Positions 7,340 to 17,488 of a DNA stretch of 52,367 nt are shown one piece after another. The stretch's first letter is position 1; each line of letters begins with the position of its first letter. The notes beneath the pieces were generated by a model. That model saw nothing but the letters and a program-made list of their open reading frames with translations. It had not been told where the DNA came from and searched no databases. This DNA comes from Desulfobacterales bacterium CG2_30_60_27 (GTDB lineage Bacteria; Desulfobacterota; Desulfobulbia; Desulfobulbales; CG2-30-60-27): positions 1 to 52,367 of the forward strand of contig MNYK01000002.1 in assembly GCA_001873115.1 (NCBI GenBank), in the 5' to 3' direction. The position numbers and the translations under genes are program-made.

Positions 7340-9921
7340 CTGCCACCCATGGCGGCAATATCGGCAGATTGGCTGAAAAAGCTGGCATCCCCACCGCGGA
7401 CCTCCTGGACTTCAGCGCCAACATCAACCCGTTGGGACCTCCGGAAGATCTGCGCCGGGTTATCAGCAGCCACTGGGATATGCTGAGCCACTACCCGGAC
7501 CCAGAGGCCAGCGCCTTGCTGACAGCCATTGCCGACCGCTATCAAATCGACCCATGCAGGATCATTATGGGTAACGGCTCCACCGAGATCCTCTATGCCA
7601 TTCCCCGGGCTCTGGCGGCAAAACGGGCCGTAATCCCGGAACCCTGCTACGCCGATTACCGGCGGGCCGCGGCACTTGCCGGGCTGCCGGTAATCACCCT
7701 GTCCCTGAAGTCATCCAATGGGTTCGCCATCGAACCCGCTGAAATTGCATCGATTCCGCAGGCCGGCGATCTGTTGTTCATCGGCCGCCCAAACAACCCC
7801 ACTGGTGCGGTGCCGGACTATGACGACCTGATCACCCTGGCCAAGGACTACCCGCAAACCTTTTTTGTGGTGGATGAATCATTCGCCGATTTTGACCCGG
7901 AGTGCCAATCCGTTATGGCTTCGGAACTGGCCAATCTGATCGTGGTCCGCTCGCTCGCCAAGTTCTACGCCATCCCCGGCCTGCGCCTTGGCTTCGCCAC
8001 GGCCACGCCGGAACTCACCGTCCAGCTCCGCCGCTATATCCTGCCCTGGTCCATCAACACCCTGGCCCAGGCCGCCGGGATCGTGGCCCTTGGGGACGAG
8101 GAATATGGCAACCGCACCAGGGAGAGCGTCAGCCGACTGCGCCGAGATCTCACCAACGAACTCAGTAACATCGCTGGCCTCAAGGTCTATCCATCGCATG
8201 CCAACTTCTTGCTGGTCGAACTGACCAAGCACAAACTCTCCGCCCGCCAACTGTCCGACACCCTGCTTGGCCACGGGATCGCCATCCGGGTCTGCGACAA
8301 TTTCACGGGGTTGCCGGATGGCGGCGCCAACTTCTTCCGCTTGGCGGTACGCACTACCAACGAAAACCAACGACTCATTGCAGCCCTGACCACCATCCTG
8401 ATTGGCACCAAGCCCGTTAAAGCCGTTCGCAAACCCTTCAGCCTGATGCTGCAGGGCACCTCGTCCAATGCCGGTAAGTCGGTGCTCACCGCCGCCTTCT
8501 GCCGCATCCTCCTGCAGGATGGCCTGCGAGTGGCGCCCTTCAAGGCGCAGAACATGTCGCTCAACTCCTATGTGACCCGCGATGGTCTGGAAATGGGCCG
8601 CGCCCAGGTGGTCCAGGCCCAGGCCTGTTGCCTGGACCCGGAGGTGCGGATGAACCCGGTGCTGTTGAAACCCATGAGCGACATGGGCTGTCAGGTGATC
8701 GTGAACGGCAGGCCGGTGGGCAATATGTCAGTAAGTGAGTATGTGGCCTATAAGCCCACAGCCTGGCAGGCGGTCTGCCGTGCCTATGACGCGCTGCTCG
8801 CCGATTATGACGGGATTATCCTGGAAGGCGCCGGCAGCCCCGGCGAGGTGAACCTCAAGCACCACGACATCGTCAATATGCGGATGGCGCAATATGCCCA
8901 GGCCCCGGTGCTGCTGGTGGGCGATATCGACCGGGGCGGGGTCTTTGCCTCGTTCATCGGCACCATGGAGGTGCTCTCCGACTGGGAGCGCAACCTGATC
9001 GCCGGCTTTGTGGTCAACCGCTTCCGTGGCAAACGTGAACTCCTGGAAGACGGCCTGACCTATACCCGCGACTTTACCAACCGGCCGGTGCTGGGGGTGA
9101 TCCCCTATCTGCACCCCCTCGGCCTGCCGGAGGAAGACTCGGTGAGCTATAAGGCCGGCCTCTATGAGGCGCCGCGCCCCACGGGCGAGCATGTGGAAAT
9201 CGCCTTGATCGACCTGCCGCATATCTCCAACTTCACCGATTTCGAACCCTTCTTGGGCGAACCGGACGTGCATCTGCGGGTGATCCGCACCCTGGCCGAT
9301 CTGGAGAAGAACCTGGCCGAAACGGCCGTCGTTGTGCTGCCGGGCAGCAAGAACGTCATCAACGACCTGGGCTATCTCAAGCAAACTGGCCTGGCTGACT
9401 GCATCAAGCGCATGGCTGACCAAGGCATAGAGATCGTCGGCATCTGCGGCGGCTTCCAGATGCTTGGCAACACCATCAGCGACCCCCATGGCCTTGAGTC
9501 GGGCAACAACGCCTTGGTCAGCGGCCTGGGCCTGCTCAACCTGGTCACGGTGCTGGAACAAGACAAGACCCTGACCCGGCAGACCGGCGTCCACCAGCCC
9601 TCAGGCCTGCCGGTCTACGGCTACGAGATCCATCACGGCCAGAGCACCTCCACCGGCCGGCCGGTGCTGCGCTTTGCCAACAACGACGAGGCCGGCGCGG
9701 CCACACCAAACGACCTGATCTGGGGCAGCTATCTGCATGGCATCTTTGACGCCGACCAGTTCCGGCGCTGGTTTATCGACCGCTTGCGGCAACGCCGGGG
9801 GTTGCAACCCGTTGGCAAACCCCTGGCCATCTATGACCTGGAACCGGCCTTTGACCGATTGGCTGAAACCGTGCGTGGCAATATGGATATGAACACCATT
9901 TACCGGTTGCTGGGCTTATGA
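7336..9921 (+). CDS. cobD-cbiP: fusion protein: threonine-phosphate decarboxylase (CobD, PLP aminotransferase fold) plus cobyric acid synthase (CbiP/CobQ)
   Basis: One uninterrupted 861-codon ORF. The N-terminal roughly 360 aa ([16 protein letters not shown]..) are CobD-like. The C-terminal roughly 495 aa start [18 protein letters not shown] and carry the GATase motif [10 protein letters not shown]. The ATGA overlaps cobS. Confidence 0.85.
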   Translation: MTATHGGNIGRLAEKAGIPTADLLDFSANINPLGPPEDLRRVISSHWDMLSHYPDPEASALLTAIADRYQIDPCRIIMGNGSTEILYAIPRALAAKRAVIPEPCYADYRRAAALAGLPVITLSLKSSNGFAIEPAEIASIPQAGDLLFIGRPNNPTGAVPDYDDLITLAKDYPQTFFVVDESFADFDPECQSVMASELANLIVVRSLAKFYAIPGLRLGFATATPELTVQLRRYILPWSINTLAQAAGIVALGDEEYGNRTRESVSRLRRDLTNELSNIAGLKVYPSHANFLLVELTKHKLSARQLSDTLLGHGIAIRVCDNFTGLPDGGANFFRLAVRTTNENQRLIAALTTILIGTKPVKAVRKPFSLMLQGTSSNAGKSVLTAAFCRILLQDGLRVAPFKAQNMSLNSYVTRDGLEMGRAQVVQAQACCLDPEVRMNPVLLKPMSDMGCQVIVNGRPVGNMSVSEYVAYKPTAWQAVCRAYDALLADYDGIILEGAGSPGEVNLKHHDIVNMRMAQYAQAPVLLVGDIDRGGVFASFIGTMEVLSDWERNLIAGFVVNRFRGKRELLEDGLTYTRDFTNRPVLGVIPYLHPLGLPEEDSVSYKAGLYEAPRPTGEHVEIALIDLPHISNFTDFEPFLGEPDVHLRVIRTLADLEKNLAETAVVVLPGSKNVINDLGYLKQTGLADCIKRMADQGIEIVGICGGFQMLGNTISDPHGLESGNNALVSGLGLLNLVTVLEQDKTLTRQTGVHQPSGLPVYGYEIHHGQSTSTGRPVLRFANNDEAGAATPNDLIWGSYLHGIFDADQFRRWFIDRLRQRRGLQPVGKPLAIYDLEPAFDRLAETVRGNMDMNTIYRLLGL

Positions 9922-10883
9922 TGTTATTGGAACTACAAATCAGCCTGGCCGTCATTCTGGACCAGCTTTGCGGCGACCCTCGCTGGCTGCCGCATCCAGT
10001 GCGGTTATTGGGTAATTTCGCCCTGTTGGCCGAGAAAGGTTGCCGCACGCTTTTCACCCATAAAAAAACAGCCGGCGTGCTGACCGTGACCATCGTGCTG
10101 CTCGCCGCCGGTTTTACCACAGCCGGGTTGCTGTACGGCCTGGGGCTGGTCAATCAGGCCCTGCAGATGGCGGCCGGCGTCATCCTGCTCTACACCTGCC
10201 TGGCGGCCAAGGACCTGGCCGTGCACAGCCGGGCGGTTTACCAGGCGTTACAAGATCATGATCTTGAACTGGCCAGGAAACGGGTGGCCATGATGGTCGG
10301 CCGCGACACACAACATCTCGACGAAGCTGGCATCACCCGAGCCTGCATCGAGAGCGTGGCGGAAAACATCGTCGACGGGGTGACCGCACCGCTCTTCTAC
10401 GCCGCCCTGGCCGGACCGGTGGGCGCCCTGCTCTACAAGGCAGTGAACACCATGGACTCCACCTTTGGCTACAAGAACGCAAAGTACCGTGAGTTCGGCT
10501 GGGCCGCGGCCCGACTCGACGACCTGGCCAACTTCCTGCCGGCCCGCATCACCGGCCTGATCATCGTAGCGGCCGCCTATATGCTGCGCCTGGGCACCAA
10601 CCAGGCCTGGCGGATTTTCAAACGCGACCGCCTGCGGCACGCCAGCCCCAACTCCGGCCACAGCGAGGCAGCAGTGGCCGGCGCCTTGGGCCTGCAACTG
10701 GGCGGTTCGAACTTCTACTTCGGTAGCCTGGTGCATAAACCGACCATCGGCAACCCGGAGCATCCCCCGCGGACCAAGCATATTTTATTGGCAAATCGAC
10801 TGCTGCTGATTACAACGCTGCTGGCCGGGCTGCTGTTTATCGGTATCCGCCTGGCCGTTACAGTTTACCAAGGTAAGCCATGA
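9918..10883 (+). CDS. cbiB: adenosylcobinamide-phosphate synthase
   Basis: 321-aa membrane protein. [20 protein letters not shown] is the typical CbiB N-terminus. ATGA overlap with the upstream gene. Confidence 0.9.
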   Translation: MMLLELQISLAVILDQLCGDPRWLPHPVRLLGNFALLAEKGCRTLFTHKKTAGVLTVTIVLLAAGFTTAGLLYGLGLVNQALQMAAGVILLYTCLAAKDLAVHSRAVYQALQDHDLELARKRVAMMVGRDTQHLDEAGITRACIESVAENIVDGVTAPLFYAALAGPVGALLYKAVNTMDSTFGYKNAKYREFGWAAARLDDLANFLPARITGLIIVAAAYMLRLGTNQAWRIFKRDRLRHASPNSGHSEAAVAGALGLQLGGSNFYFGSLVHKPTIGNPEHPPRTKHILLANRLLLITTLLAGLLFIGIRLAVTVYQGKP

Positions 10884-11662
10884 ACATTCCTTTCTACCAC
10901 ATAAACGCCTTCACCAGTCATACCTTCAAGGGGAATCCCGCCGGGGTGTGCATTCTGGACAACTGGCTGGAAGATTCACTGCTGCAGAATATCGCAATGG
11001 AGAATAATTTATCCGAAACCGCCTTTCTCGTCCGCCAAGATGATACCCACGAAATTCGCTGGTTCTCGCCAACCGTGGAAATCGACCTGTGCGGCCATGC
11101 GACCCTGGCCGCCGGCTTTGTCCTGGCAAATTTCAGAGATTTTATCTCCGCTAAGCTGCGCTTTATATCACCGATAAGCGGTGAACTTAGTGTGCTCAAG
11201 GAAGGAGACCGGCTGACTCTGGACTTTCCGGCGCGCCCGGCCATGGCCTGCCAACCGCCGCCCCTTTTACTTGCAGGATTGCAGCGTAAACCAATCGAAG
11301 TTTTAAAGGCAGCGGATTATCTGGCAGTGTATGAATCCGCCGAGGATATCCTCAATATAACCCCGGATTTCGATTTACTTAAGCAACTCGATTGCCGGGC
11401 GGTGATCGTTACTGCGCCTGGCAAAAACTCCGACTTTGTGTCGCGCTTCTTTGCCCCCGGTCTCGGAATTGATGAAGACCCGGTCACCGGCTCATCCCAT
11501 TGCACCCTGACCCCATACTGGAAAAAAATCCTGGGTAAAGACCGTCTCCACGCCTTGCAGCTTTCGGCCCGGGGCGGCGACCTGTTCTGCCAAGACAACG
11601 GCGACCGCATCCTTATCTCAGGCCAGGCGGTCTGCTACCTGGAGGGAACCATATCGTTTTGA
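10880..11662 (+). CDS. PhzF-family isomerase/epimerase-fold protein
   Basis: 260 aa. FYHINAFTSHTFKGNPAGVC..LSETAFL..FSPTVEIDLCGHATLA is the PhzF family signature. ATGA translational coupling to cbiB. Confidence 0.8.
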   Translation: MNIPFYHINAFTSHTFKGNPAGVCILDNWLEDSLLQNIAMENNLSETAFLVRQDDTHEIRWFSPTVEIDLCGHATLAAGFVLANFRDFISAKLRFISPISGELSVLKEGDRLTLDFPARPAMACQPPPLLLAGLQRKPIEVLKAADYLAVYESAEDILNITPDFDLLKQLDCRAVIVTAPGKNSDFVSRFFAPGLGIDEDPVTGSSHCTLTPYWKKILGKDRLHALQLSARGGDLFCQDNGDRILISGQAVCYLEGTISF

Positions 11663-11687
11663 TCAACGCTATGTAATTACTACCCAT

Positions 11688-11866
11688 GTTCCCCTGGTGG
11701 CGGCTGCATCACTGCACCGCTGAAAAGGGAATCCCGTGCAAATCGGGAGCGCTGGGCCGGCGCTGTAAACAGGGACTGCAACCGCATTTTGTCACTGTCC
11801 GGAATTTTAGGATGGGAAGGCGCGGCCAGCGGGATGATCTGTGAGTCAGAAGACCTGCCAGGGAAC
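11688..11866 (+). promoter_or_regulatory. cobalamin riboswitch RS2
   Basis: P1 GTTCCCCTGG / CCAGGGAAC. Cores AAAAGGGAATCCCGTGCAAATCGGGAGC..GCCGGCGCTGTAAAC..GTCACTG..GGGAAGGCG and B12 box AGTCAGAAGACCTGCC. Confidence 0.9.
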
Positions 11867-11897
11867 AAATATCAGATGGCTGTTTTGCCCAAAGACA

Positions 11898-11936
11898 ACC
11901 GTGCCGCAGGTGTATGCCTGTGGCACGGTTTTTTTA
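11898..11936 (+). terminator. intrinsic terminator, expression platform of RS2
   Basis: ACCGTGCCGCAGG..CCTGTGGCACGGT followed by T7. Confidence 0.75.
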
Positions 11937-11995
11937 TGCCCTGAAGGGCAATACGCAACCTAAAAATATTCATCCCCACACACCAAGGAGACACA

Positions 11996-13306
11996 ATGAA
12001 AACCTTACTGGAACAAGCCAAAGCCGGCATCATCACCCCTCAGATGACCAAGGTCGCCGAACAAGAAAACTTTGCCCCCGAGACCATCAGGGAGCGGGTG
12101 GCAACCGGTGAAATCGTCATCCCCAACAACCCCAACCGGCCGCACCAGAAGGTTTGCGGCATCGGCAAAGGGTTGCGCACTAAGGTCAACGCCTCCATCG
12201 GCACCTCCAGCGATATCTGTGACATTGAACTTGAAAAACGCAAGGCACGGATCGCCGAGCAGGAAGGGGCTGACACCCTGATGGAACTCTCCACCGGCGG
12301 CGATCTCGACCTGGTGCGGCGCGAGGTGATGGCGGCCTGCAACCTGCCCATCGGCAATGTTCCGCTGTATCAGGCCTTCCACGACGCGGCAAAAAAACAC
12401 AAGGATCCCAACAAGCTCGACCCCGAGTACCTCTTTGAACTCATTGAGCGGCAACTTAACGACGGCATGAGCTTCATGGCCATCCACTGCGGCATCAACC
12501 GCTTCTCCATCGAACGGTTGCGCAAGCAGGGCTACCGTTACGGCGGCCTGGTCTCCAAGGGCGGCACCTTCATGGTCTCGTGGATGGAACACCATAACAA
12601 GGAAAACCCGCTCTACGAGCAGTTCGACCGGGTCTGCGAGTTGATGAAAAAATACGATGCCGTGCTCTCCCTGGGCAACGGCATCCGGGCCGGGGCCATC
12701 CACGACAGCCACGACCGGGCCCAGATGGCCGAGATGATCATCAACTGCGAGCTGGCCGAGATCGGCCGCAACCTGGGCTGTCAGATGATGGTCGAGGGCC
12801 CGGGCCATATCCCCCTGGATGAGATCGAGGCCAATATTATTCTGGAGAAACGGATGAGCGGCAATGCTCCCTACTATGTACTGGGGCCGCTGCCCATTGA
12901 TTCCGGGGCCGGTTACGACCACGTGACCGCCGCCATCGGCGCAGCCAGCGCAACGCGCTACGGCGCCGACCTGATCTGCTACATCACCCCGGCCGAGCAC
13001 CTGGCCCTGCCCAATGAAGATGATGTGCGCGAAGGGGTGCGGGTCACCCGCCTGGCCGCCAGAATCGGCGACATCGCCAAGTACCCGGAACGCCGCAACC
13101 ATGAAAAAATGGTGGCCTTAAGCCGCCGCGACATGCGTTGGGACGAACACATGGACCTCCTGATGTTCCCGGACAAGGCCCGCCAGATCCGCGCCGACCG
13201 CACCCCCGGCGACAGCCAGACCTGCACCATGTGCGGTGACTTCTGCGCCATGCAACGAGGTTCAGCACTGTTCAGCCAGGATATCAGCAACGACAAACGG
13301 GGCTGA
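11996..13306 (+). CDS. bzaF: ThiC-family radical SAM enzyme; by context probably 5-hydroxybenzimidazole synthase BzaF
   Basis: 436 aa and clearly ThiC-like throughout, with the C-terminal CTMCGDFC cluster motif. It lies directly behind a cobalamin (not TPP) riboswitch. AAGGAGA RBS. Confidence 0.7.
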   Translation: MKTLLEQAKAGIITPQMTKVAEQENFAPETIRERVATGEIVIPNNPNRPHQKVCGIGKGLRTKVNASIGTSSDICDIELEKRKARIAEQEGADTLMELSTGGDLDLVRREVMAACNLPIGNVPLYQAFHDAAKKHKDPNKLDPEYLFELIERQLNDGMSFMAIHCGINRFSIERLRKQGYRYGGLVSKGGTFMVSWMEHHNKENPLYEQFDRVCELMKKYDAVLSLGNGIRAGAIHDSHDRAQMAEMIINCELAEIGRNLGCQMMVEGPGHIPLDEIEANIILEKRMSGNAPYYVLGPLPIDSGAGYDHVTAAIGAASATRYGADLICYITPAEHLALPNEDDVREGVRVTRLAARIGDIAKYPERRNHEKMVALSRRDMRWDEHMDLLMFPDKARQIRADRTPGDSQTCTMCGDFCAMQRGSALFSQDISNDKRG

Positions 13307-13375
13307 GGCGCAACCGGGTTCACAGCCTTTCCTTGACCATTATCTGGAAATCGGGTAACAAGACCAAGAGTTAAT

Positions 13376-13533
13376 TCTCAGGCGCTCGTAACGAGCATAA
13401 CAGGGAACCCCGTGTGAACCGGGGACGGGCCCACCGCTGTGACCGGGGACGAATTCCGCAAAATGTCACTGTTCGTATGAACGGGAAGACGCGGAAGGAG
13501 AACGATCCGGGAGTCAGAAGACCTGCCTGAGAG
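13376..13533 (+). promoter_or_regulatory. cobalamin riboswitch RS3
   Basis: P1 CTCAGGCG / CTGCCTGAG. Cores ACAGGGAACCCCGTGTGAACCGGGGAC..GCCCACCGCTGTGACCGG..GTCACTG..GGGAAGACG and B12 box AGTCAGAAGACCTGCC. Confidence 0.9.
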
Positions 13534-13593
13534 CATACGTCTATCTTCGCGGACAGAAGATATGGCGACCAGTTCCAGGATATAAAGGGCTTT

Positions 13594-13628
13594 CCCGGAT
13601 CGATTTTTTCGATCCGGGATTTTTTTTG
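13594..13628 (+). terminator. intrinsic terminator, expression platform of RS3
   Basis: CCCGGATCGA-TTTTT-TCGATCCGGG followed by T8. The stem sequence is related to the RS1/RS4 terminators. Confidence 0.75.
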
Positions 13629-13672
13629 TCCAAGGCAAGCCGATCTTCAGCACCTTTTCAGGACAGCGTGAT

Positions 13673-14641
13673 ATGGACGTTTCGATAACCTTACCACAAT
13701 TATGGCACGGCCTGGGCTGGCCCCTTGCCAAGTTGATATTTAACGTCTCCCTGGGGCTCCTGGTCGGCAACTTTATCGAGGCCCTCAACTGGACAAGAGC
13801 CGCCGCCCTTCTCGCGGCCCCGCTGATCCGGGTCGGCAATTTCTCCGAAACGGTCGGCGCCAGCTTTTCCATGGCTTTTGTTTCCGGAGTGACCTCAAAC
13901 ACCATGCTGGCCGAGGCCTTTGATCAAGGCCGGCTTACGCGGCGAGAGTTGCTGCTGGCCAATCTCTTTAACACCCTGCCTAACTATTTTCTCCACCTGC
14001 CAACTGTCTTTTTCCTTACTGCACCGCTGATCAAGGGCGCGGCCTTTCTCTATGTGGGCCTTACCCTGCTGGCCGCCATCCTGCGCACCGTCCTGGTCCT
14101 GATAGCCGGCCGGCTCCTACTTGCCCCACAAACATCAGCCGACGCCATGATTGCCCCGGCCGTGCCCAAACGGCTCAGCGTTCATGCGGCCCTCGACAAG
14201 GCCTGGACCCGTTTCCGCAAGCGGATCAAAAAGATTCTCCTCTACACGGTGCCGATCTATACCGCCATCTACTTTCTGAACCGGCTGGGACTCTTTGCCT
14301 GGCTCGAAAGATTCTTGACCGACCATCTGACGCTGCTCTCCTGGCTTGATCCCCGGAGCTTCGGGATCGTAGCGGCCCATGTGGCAGCCGAATTTGCCGC
14401 CGGACTCGCCGCGGCCGGCGCCCTGCTTGAGGCCGGCACCCTTTCACAACGACAGGTGGTATTGGCCTTGCTGGTGGGCAATGTCCTGGCCTCGCCGGTC
14501 CGCACCATCCGCCACCAGTTTCCATATTACGCCGGAATCTTCAGCCCGCGCCTGGCCATGCAACTGGTCGGCTACGGCCAGGCCTTCCGGATCGGCAGCA
14601 TTATCGTGATCGGCATAGGATATTACTTTACAAGTATTTAA
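13673..14641 (+). CDS. polytopic membrane protein, nucleoside-recognition (Gate) domain-like; candidate transporter
   Basis: 322 aa with multiple TM segments. The resemblance to FeoB-gate/SpmA-B type domains is from memory. First gene after RS3. Confidence 0.45.
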   Translation: MDVSITLPQLWHGLGWPLAKLIFNVSLGLLVGNFIEALNWTRAAALLAAPLIRVGNFSETVGASFSMAFVSGVTSNTMLAEAFDQGRLTRRELLLANLFNTLPNYFLHLPTVFFLTAPLIKGAAFLYVGLTLLAAILRTVLVLIAGRLLLAPQTSADAMIAPAVPKRLSVHAALDKAWTRFRKRIKKILLYTVPIYTAIYFLNRLGLFAWLERFLTDHLTLLSWLDPRSFGIVAAHVAAEFAAGLAAAGALLEAGTLSQRQVVLALLVGNVLASPVRTIRHQFPYYAGIFSPRLAMQLVGYGQAFRIGSIIVIGIGYYFTSI

Positions 14642-14656
14642 ATCGAGGATTGACTG

Positions 14657-15637
14657 ATGCAAAAAAAGCGAGTGCTTCAACATGTCTTGCTTATCCTGCT
14701 GCTTATCTTGGCAATGCCGCATGTCGGCCAGACCAAACCGTCCGAGGATAAAGCCATTGTGCTCGCCGTCTTCGGCACCAGCCACCCGGACGCCCTGGCT
14801 GGCATCCTCGCCATCCGCGAGCAGGTGCGGAAGGCCTTTCCCAAAACCCGGGTGGAACTAGCATTTACCTCAAACATCATCCGCAAGATCTGGCGGAAAC
14901 GCTTGAACGACCCCGAGTATCGTGTCCAGCATCCCGAGGTGCCGCCCGAAATTTTGCAGGTCAAGGGGGTGCTCGCTGCCATTGCCAACCTGCAGGATGA
15001 GGGGTTCGGTTATATCCTGGTGCAGCCGACCCATATCGCCAGCGGCGAGGAATTTGCCGACCTGGTGGCTTATGTGGATGGGTTGAACAGCATCAAAACG
15101 GTCAAACCCCGCAACATGCCCTTCCGGAAGATCGTTATTGGCCGGCCGGCCTTGGGCGCACCCGGTATTGACCACGAATACCGCCACGACCTTGAGCTTG
15201 CCGCCAAGGCCCTGGCGCCGGATGTCGAGGAGGCAAAAAGGCGGAGTGCGGCCCTGGTCTACATGGCCCACGGCAACGAACATTACTCGACCGGCTATTA
15301 TGTCGAGTTCGAAGAGGTGATGCGCGTCCTATATCCCGACACAAAAACCTATGTCGGCGTGGTGGAAGGCTTTCCGGCCCTGGACCTGGTGTTACGGGAT
15401 CTCAAGCACGACGGAGTCGCCAAGGTCTATCTGAAACCATTGATGACCGTGGCTGGCGATCACGCCAAGAATGACATGACCGGCCCTGAGCCGGACGCTT
15501 GGCAAAACGTCCTTACACGCAACGGTATCGCGGTGGAAATCGATCTCACGGGCTTGGGTGAAAACCCGGCATTTGCCGAGATCTTTGTCACCCATCTCCG
15601 CGAGGCGGCGAGGGATCGGGGTCTGGAGATTGAGTAA
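14657..15637 (+). CDS. cbiK: CbiK-type sirohydrochlorin cobaltochelatase homologue with N-terminal signal peptide (periplasmic CbiK type)
   Basis: Signal-like MQKKRVLQHVLLILLLILAMPHVGQT, then AIVLAVFGTSH.. and ..AHGNEH.. chelatase motifs. 326 aa. Confidence 0.75.
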   Translation: MQKKRVLQHVLLILLLILAMPHVGQTKPSEDKAIVLAVFGTSHPDALAGILAIREQVRKAFPKTRVELAFTSNIIRKIWRKRLNDPEYRVQHPEVPPEILQVKGVLAAIANLQDEGFGYILVQPTHIASGEEFADLVAYVDGLNSIKTVKPRNMPFRKIVIGRPALGAPGIDHEYRHDLELAAKALAPDVEEAKRRSAALVYMAHGNEHYSTGYYVEFEEVMRVLYPDTKTYVGVVEGFPALDLVLRDLKHDGVAKVYLKPLMTVAGDHAKNDMTGPEPDAWQNVLTRNGIAVEIDLTGLGENPAFAEIFVTHLREAARDRGLEIE

Positions 15638-15638
15638 C

Positions 15639-16703
15639 ATGTCGGAACATTGGGGTGCGCCAGGAAATGCCCGTAGCTCCATCCGCTATCCGACGCTGAC
15701 GGTCGTATTACTGGCGGCGGTGGTGACGGCGGTCATTGTTGCGACCGGCATGGGCTATATCCGGATTACGGTGGCCGAGGTGGTGCGGGTAATCGCGGCC
15801 CGCCTGAGCGGTGACACCTCACTCATCACCGGCCTTGATCCAATGTTCTCCTATGTGGTCATGGACGTGCGACTGCCACGGATTCTCACCGCCCTGCTGG
15901 TCGGCTCCGGACTTGCAGTCTGCGGCGTTGTCTTCCAGGGCATTCTGCTGAATCCCCTGGCCGACCCTTACACCCTGGGAATCTCCTCAGGGGCCGCCTT
16001 TGGCGCCTCACTGGCCCTGATCGCCAATCTGACCCTGTTCGGTATCTACTCGGTCCCCTTTAGCGCCTTTGCCGGCGCCCTGGCCACCCTGTTCGTGGTG
16101 CTCTACCTCTCTTCGTTCAACGGCCAGATGTCGGCCAACACCCTGATCCTTTCCGGGGTGATCGTCGGCGCCATCCTGGCCGCCGGCATCAGTTTCATGA
16201 AATACATGGCCGATGAACAGGTGGGGATGATCATCTACTGGCTGATGGGCAGCTTCGCCTCCAAGACCTGGACCGACGTGGCCGTGGTTCTGGGCGCGGT
16301 GCTGAGCGGCCTTGGCGTGGCCATCTATTACGGCCGCGACCTCAATATCATGTCGCTTGGTGGCCGCGCTGCGGATTCACTGGGGGTGGAAACGGCCCGG
16401 GTCCGCAAGATTCTCCTGATCACCGGTTCGCTGGTGGCGGCGGTCTGCGTCTCGGTCTCCGGCATTATCGGCTTTATCGGCCTTATCGTGCCGCACCTGA
16501 TCCGCTTTCTGATCGGGCCGGACAACCGCAACCTGGCCATTGTCTCGGCCCTGGCCGGCGGCCTGCTGCTGCTGATCGCCGACACCATAACCCGGGCGAT
16601 TCTGCCAACCGAGGTGCCCATTGGCGTGCTCACCGCACTGATCGGCGGGCCATTTTTCTGCTATATCTTCCGCAGGCGGCAACGGGGGGCGATCCATGGC
16701 TGA
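15639..16703 (+). CDS. FecCD/BtuC-family ABC permease
   Basis: ATG 15639 lies just after the cbiK stop. About 354 aa, roughly 10 TM, with the motif RLPRILTALLVGSGLAVCGVVFQGILLNPLADPYTLGISSGA. Confidence 0.85.
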   Translation: MSEHWGAPGNARSSIRYPTLTVVLLAAVVTAVIVATGMGYIRITVAEVVRVIAARLSGDTSLITGLDPMFSYVVMDVRLPRILTALLVGSGLAVCGVVFQGILLNPLADPYTLGISSGAAFGASLALIANLTLFGIYSVPFSAFAGALATLFVVLYLSSFNGQMSANTLILSGVIVGAILAAGISFMKYMADEQVGMIIYWLMGSFASKTWTDVAVVLGAVLSGLGVAIYYGRDLNIMSLGGRAADSLGVETARVRKILLITGSLVAAVCVSVSGIIGFIGLIVPHLIRFLIGPDNRNLAIVSALAGGLLLLIADTITRAILPTEVPIGVLTALIGGPFFCYIFRRRQRGAIHG

Positions 16704-17484
16704 GGCCGGCTTTGCTATTGAAAAGCTCTCCTTTGCCTACGGCGAAAAAACCGTGCTGGAGGACTTGAGCCTGAAGCTGGCGCCTGGCCGTTTTTACGGC
16801 CTGGTCGGCCCCAATGGCTGCGGCAAGTCTACCCTGCTCGACCTCCTGATGGGCAACCACCACCCGGCCGCGGGCACCGTACGTTTCAACAACCGGCCGC
16901 TTGCAAATTACGGCCGCCGGGAACTGGCCCGACACCTGGCCTTGGTGCCGCAGGACTTTGCCATCCACTTCGCCTTCACTGTGCTGGAGGTGGTGCTCAT
17001 GGGCAGGCACCCTTACCTGCCGCGTTTCGGCGCGGTTTCGGCCACAGACCTGGCCATTGCCGAGCAGGCCATGGCTGCCATCGGCATCGAACATTTCCAG
17101 AATCGTCTGGTCACCGAGCTTTCCGGCGGCGAAAAACAGCGGGTGGTGGTGGCCCGGGCCCTGGCCCAGCAAACCCCGGTGCTAATGCTCGACGAGGCCA
17201 CCTCTAACCTCGACATCAACCACACCATGGAGATCTTCAACGTGGCTCAAAAACGGGTGCAAGCGCAGGGTGACACGGTGATCGCGGTGATCCACAACCT
17301 GAATCTGGCCGCCGCTTACTGCGATATCATGATTTTCATGAACCAGGGCAGGATCTCCGCCACCGGCCCCACCCATGAAACTTTGACGCCGCGTAACATC
17401 GGCGAGGTGTTCGGAGTAGAAAGCCGGGTGGCTTTAGATGAATTCAGCAATAAATTGCAGGTATCCTTTCATTATGGAAATTAA
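16696..17484 (+). CDS. ABC ATP-binding protein (FepC/BtuD type)
   Basis: Walker A GPNGCGKST, signature LSGGEKQR, Walker B MLDEATSNLD. Overlaps the permease stop. Confidence 0.9.
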   Translation: MAEAGFAIEKLSFAYGEKTVLEDLSLKLAPGRFYGLVGPNGCGKSTLLDLLMGNHHPAAGTVRFNNRPLANYGRRELARHLALVPQDFAIHFAFTVLEVVLMGRHPYLPRFGAVSATDLAIAEQAMAAIGIEHFQNRLVTELSGGEKQRVVVARALAQQTPVLMLDEATSNLDINHTMEIFNVAQKRVQAQGDTVIAVIHNLNLAAAYCDIMIFMNQGRISATGPTHETLTPRNIGEVFGVESRVALDEFSNKLQVSFHYGN

Positions 17485-17488
17485 AGTT

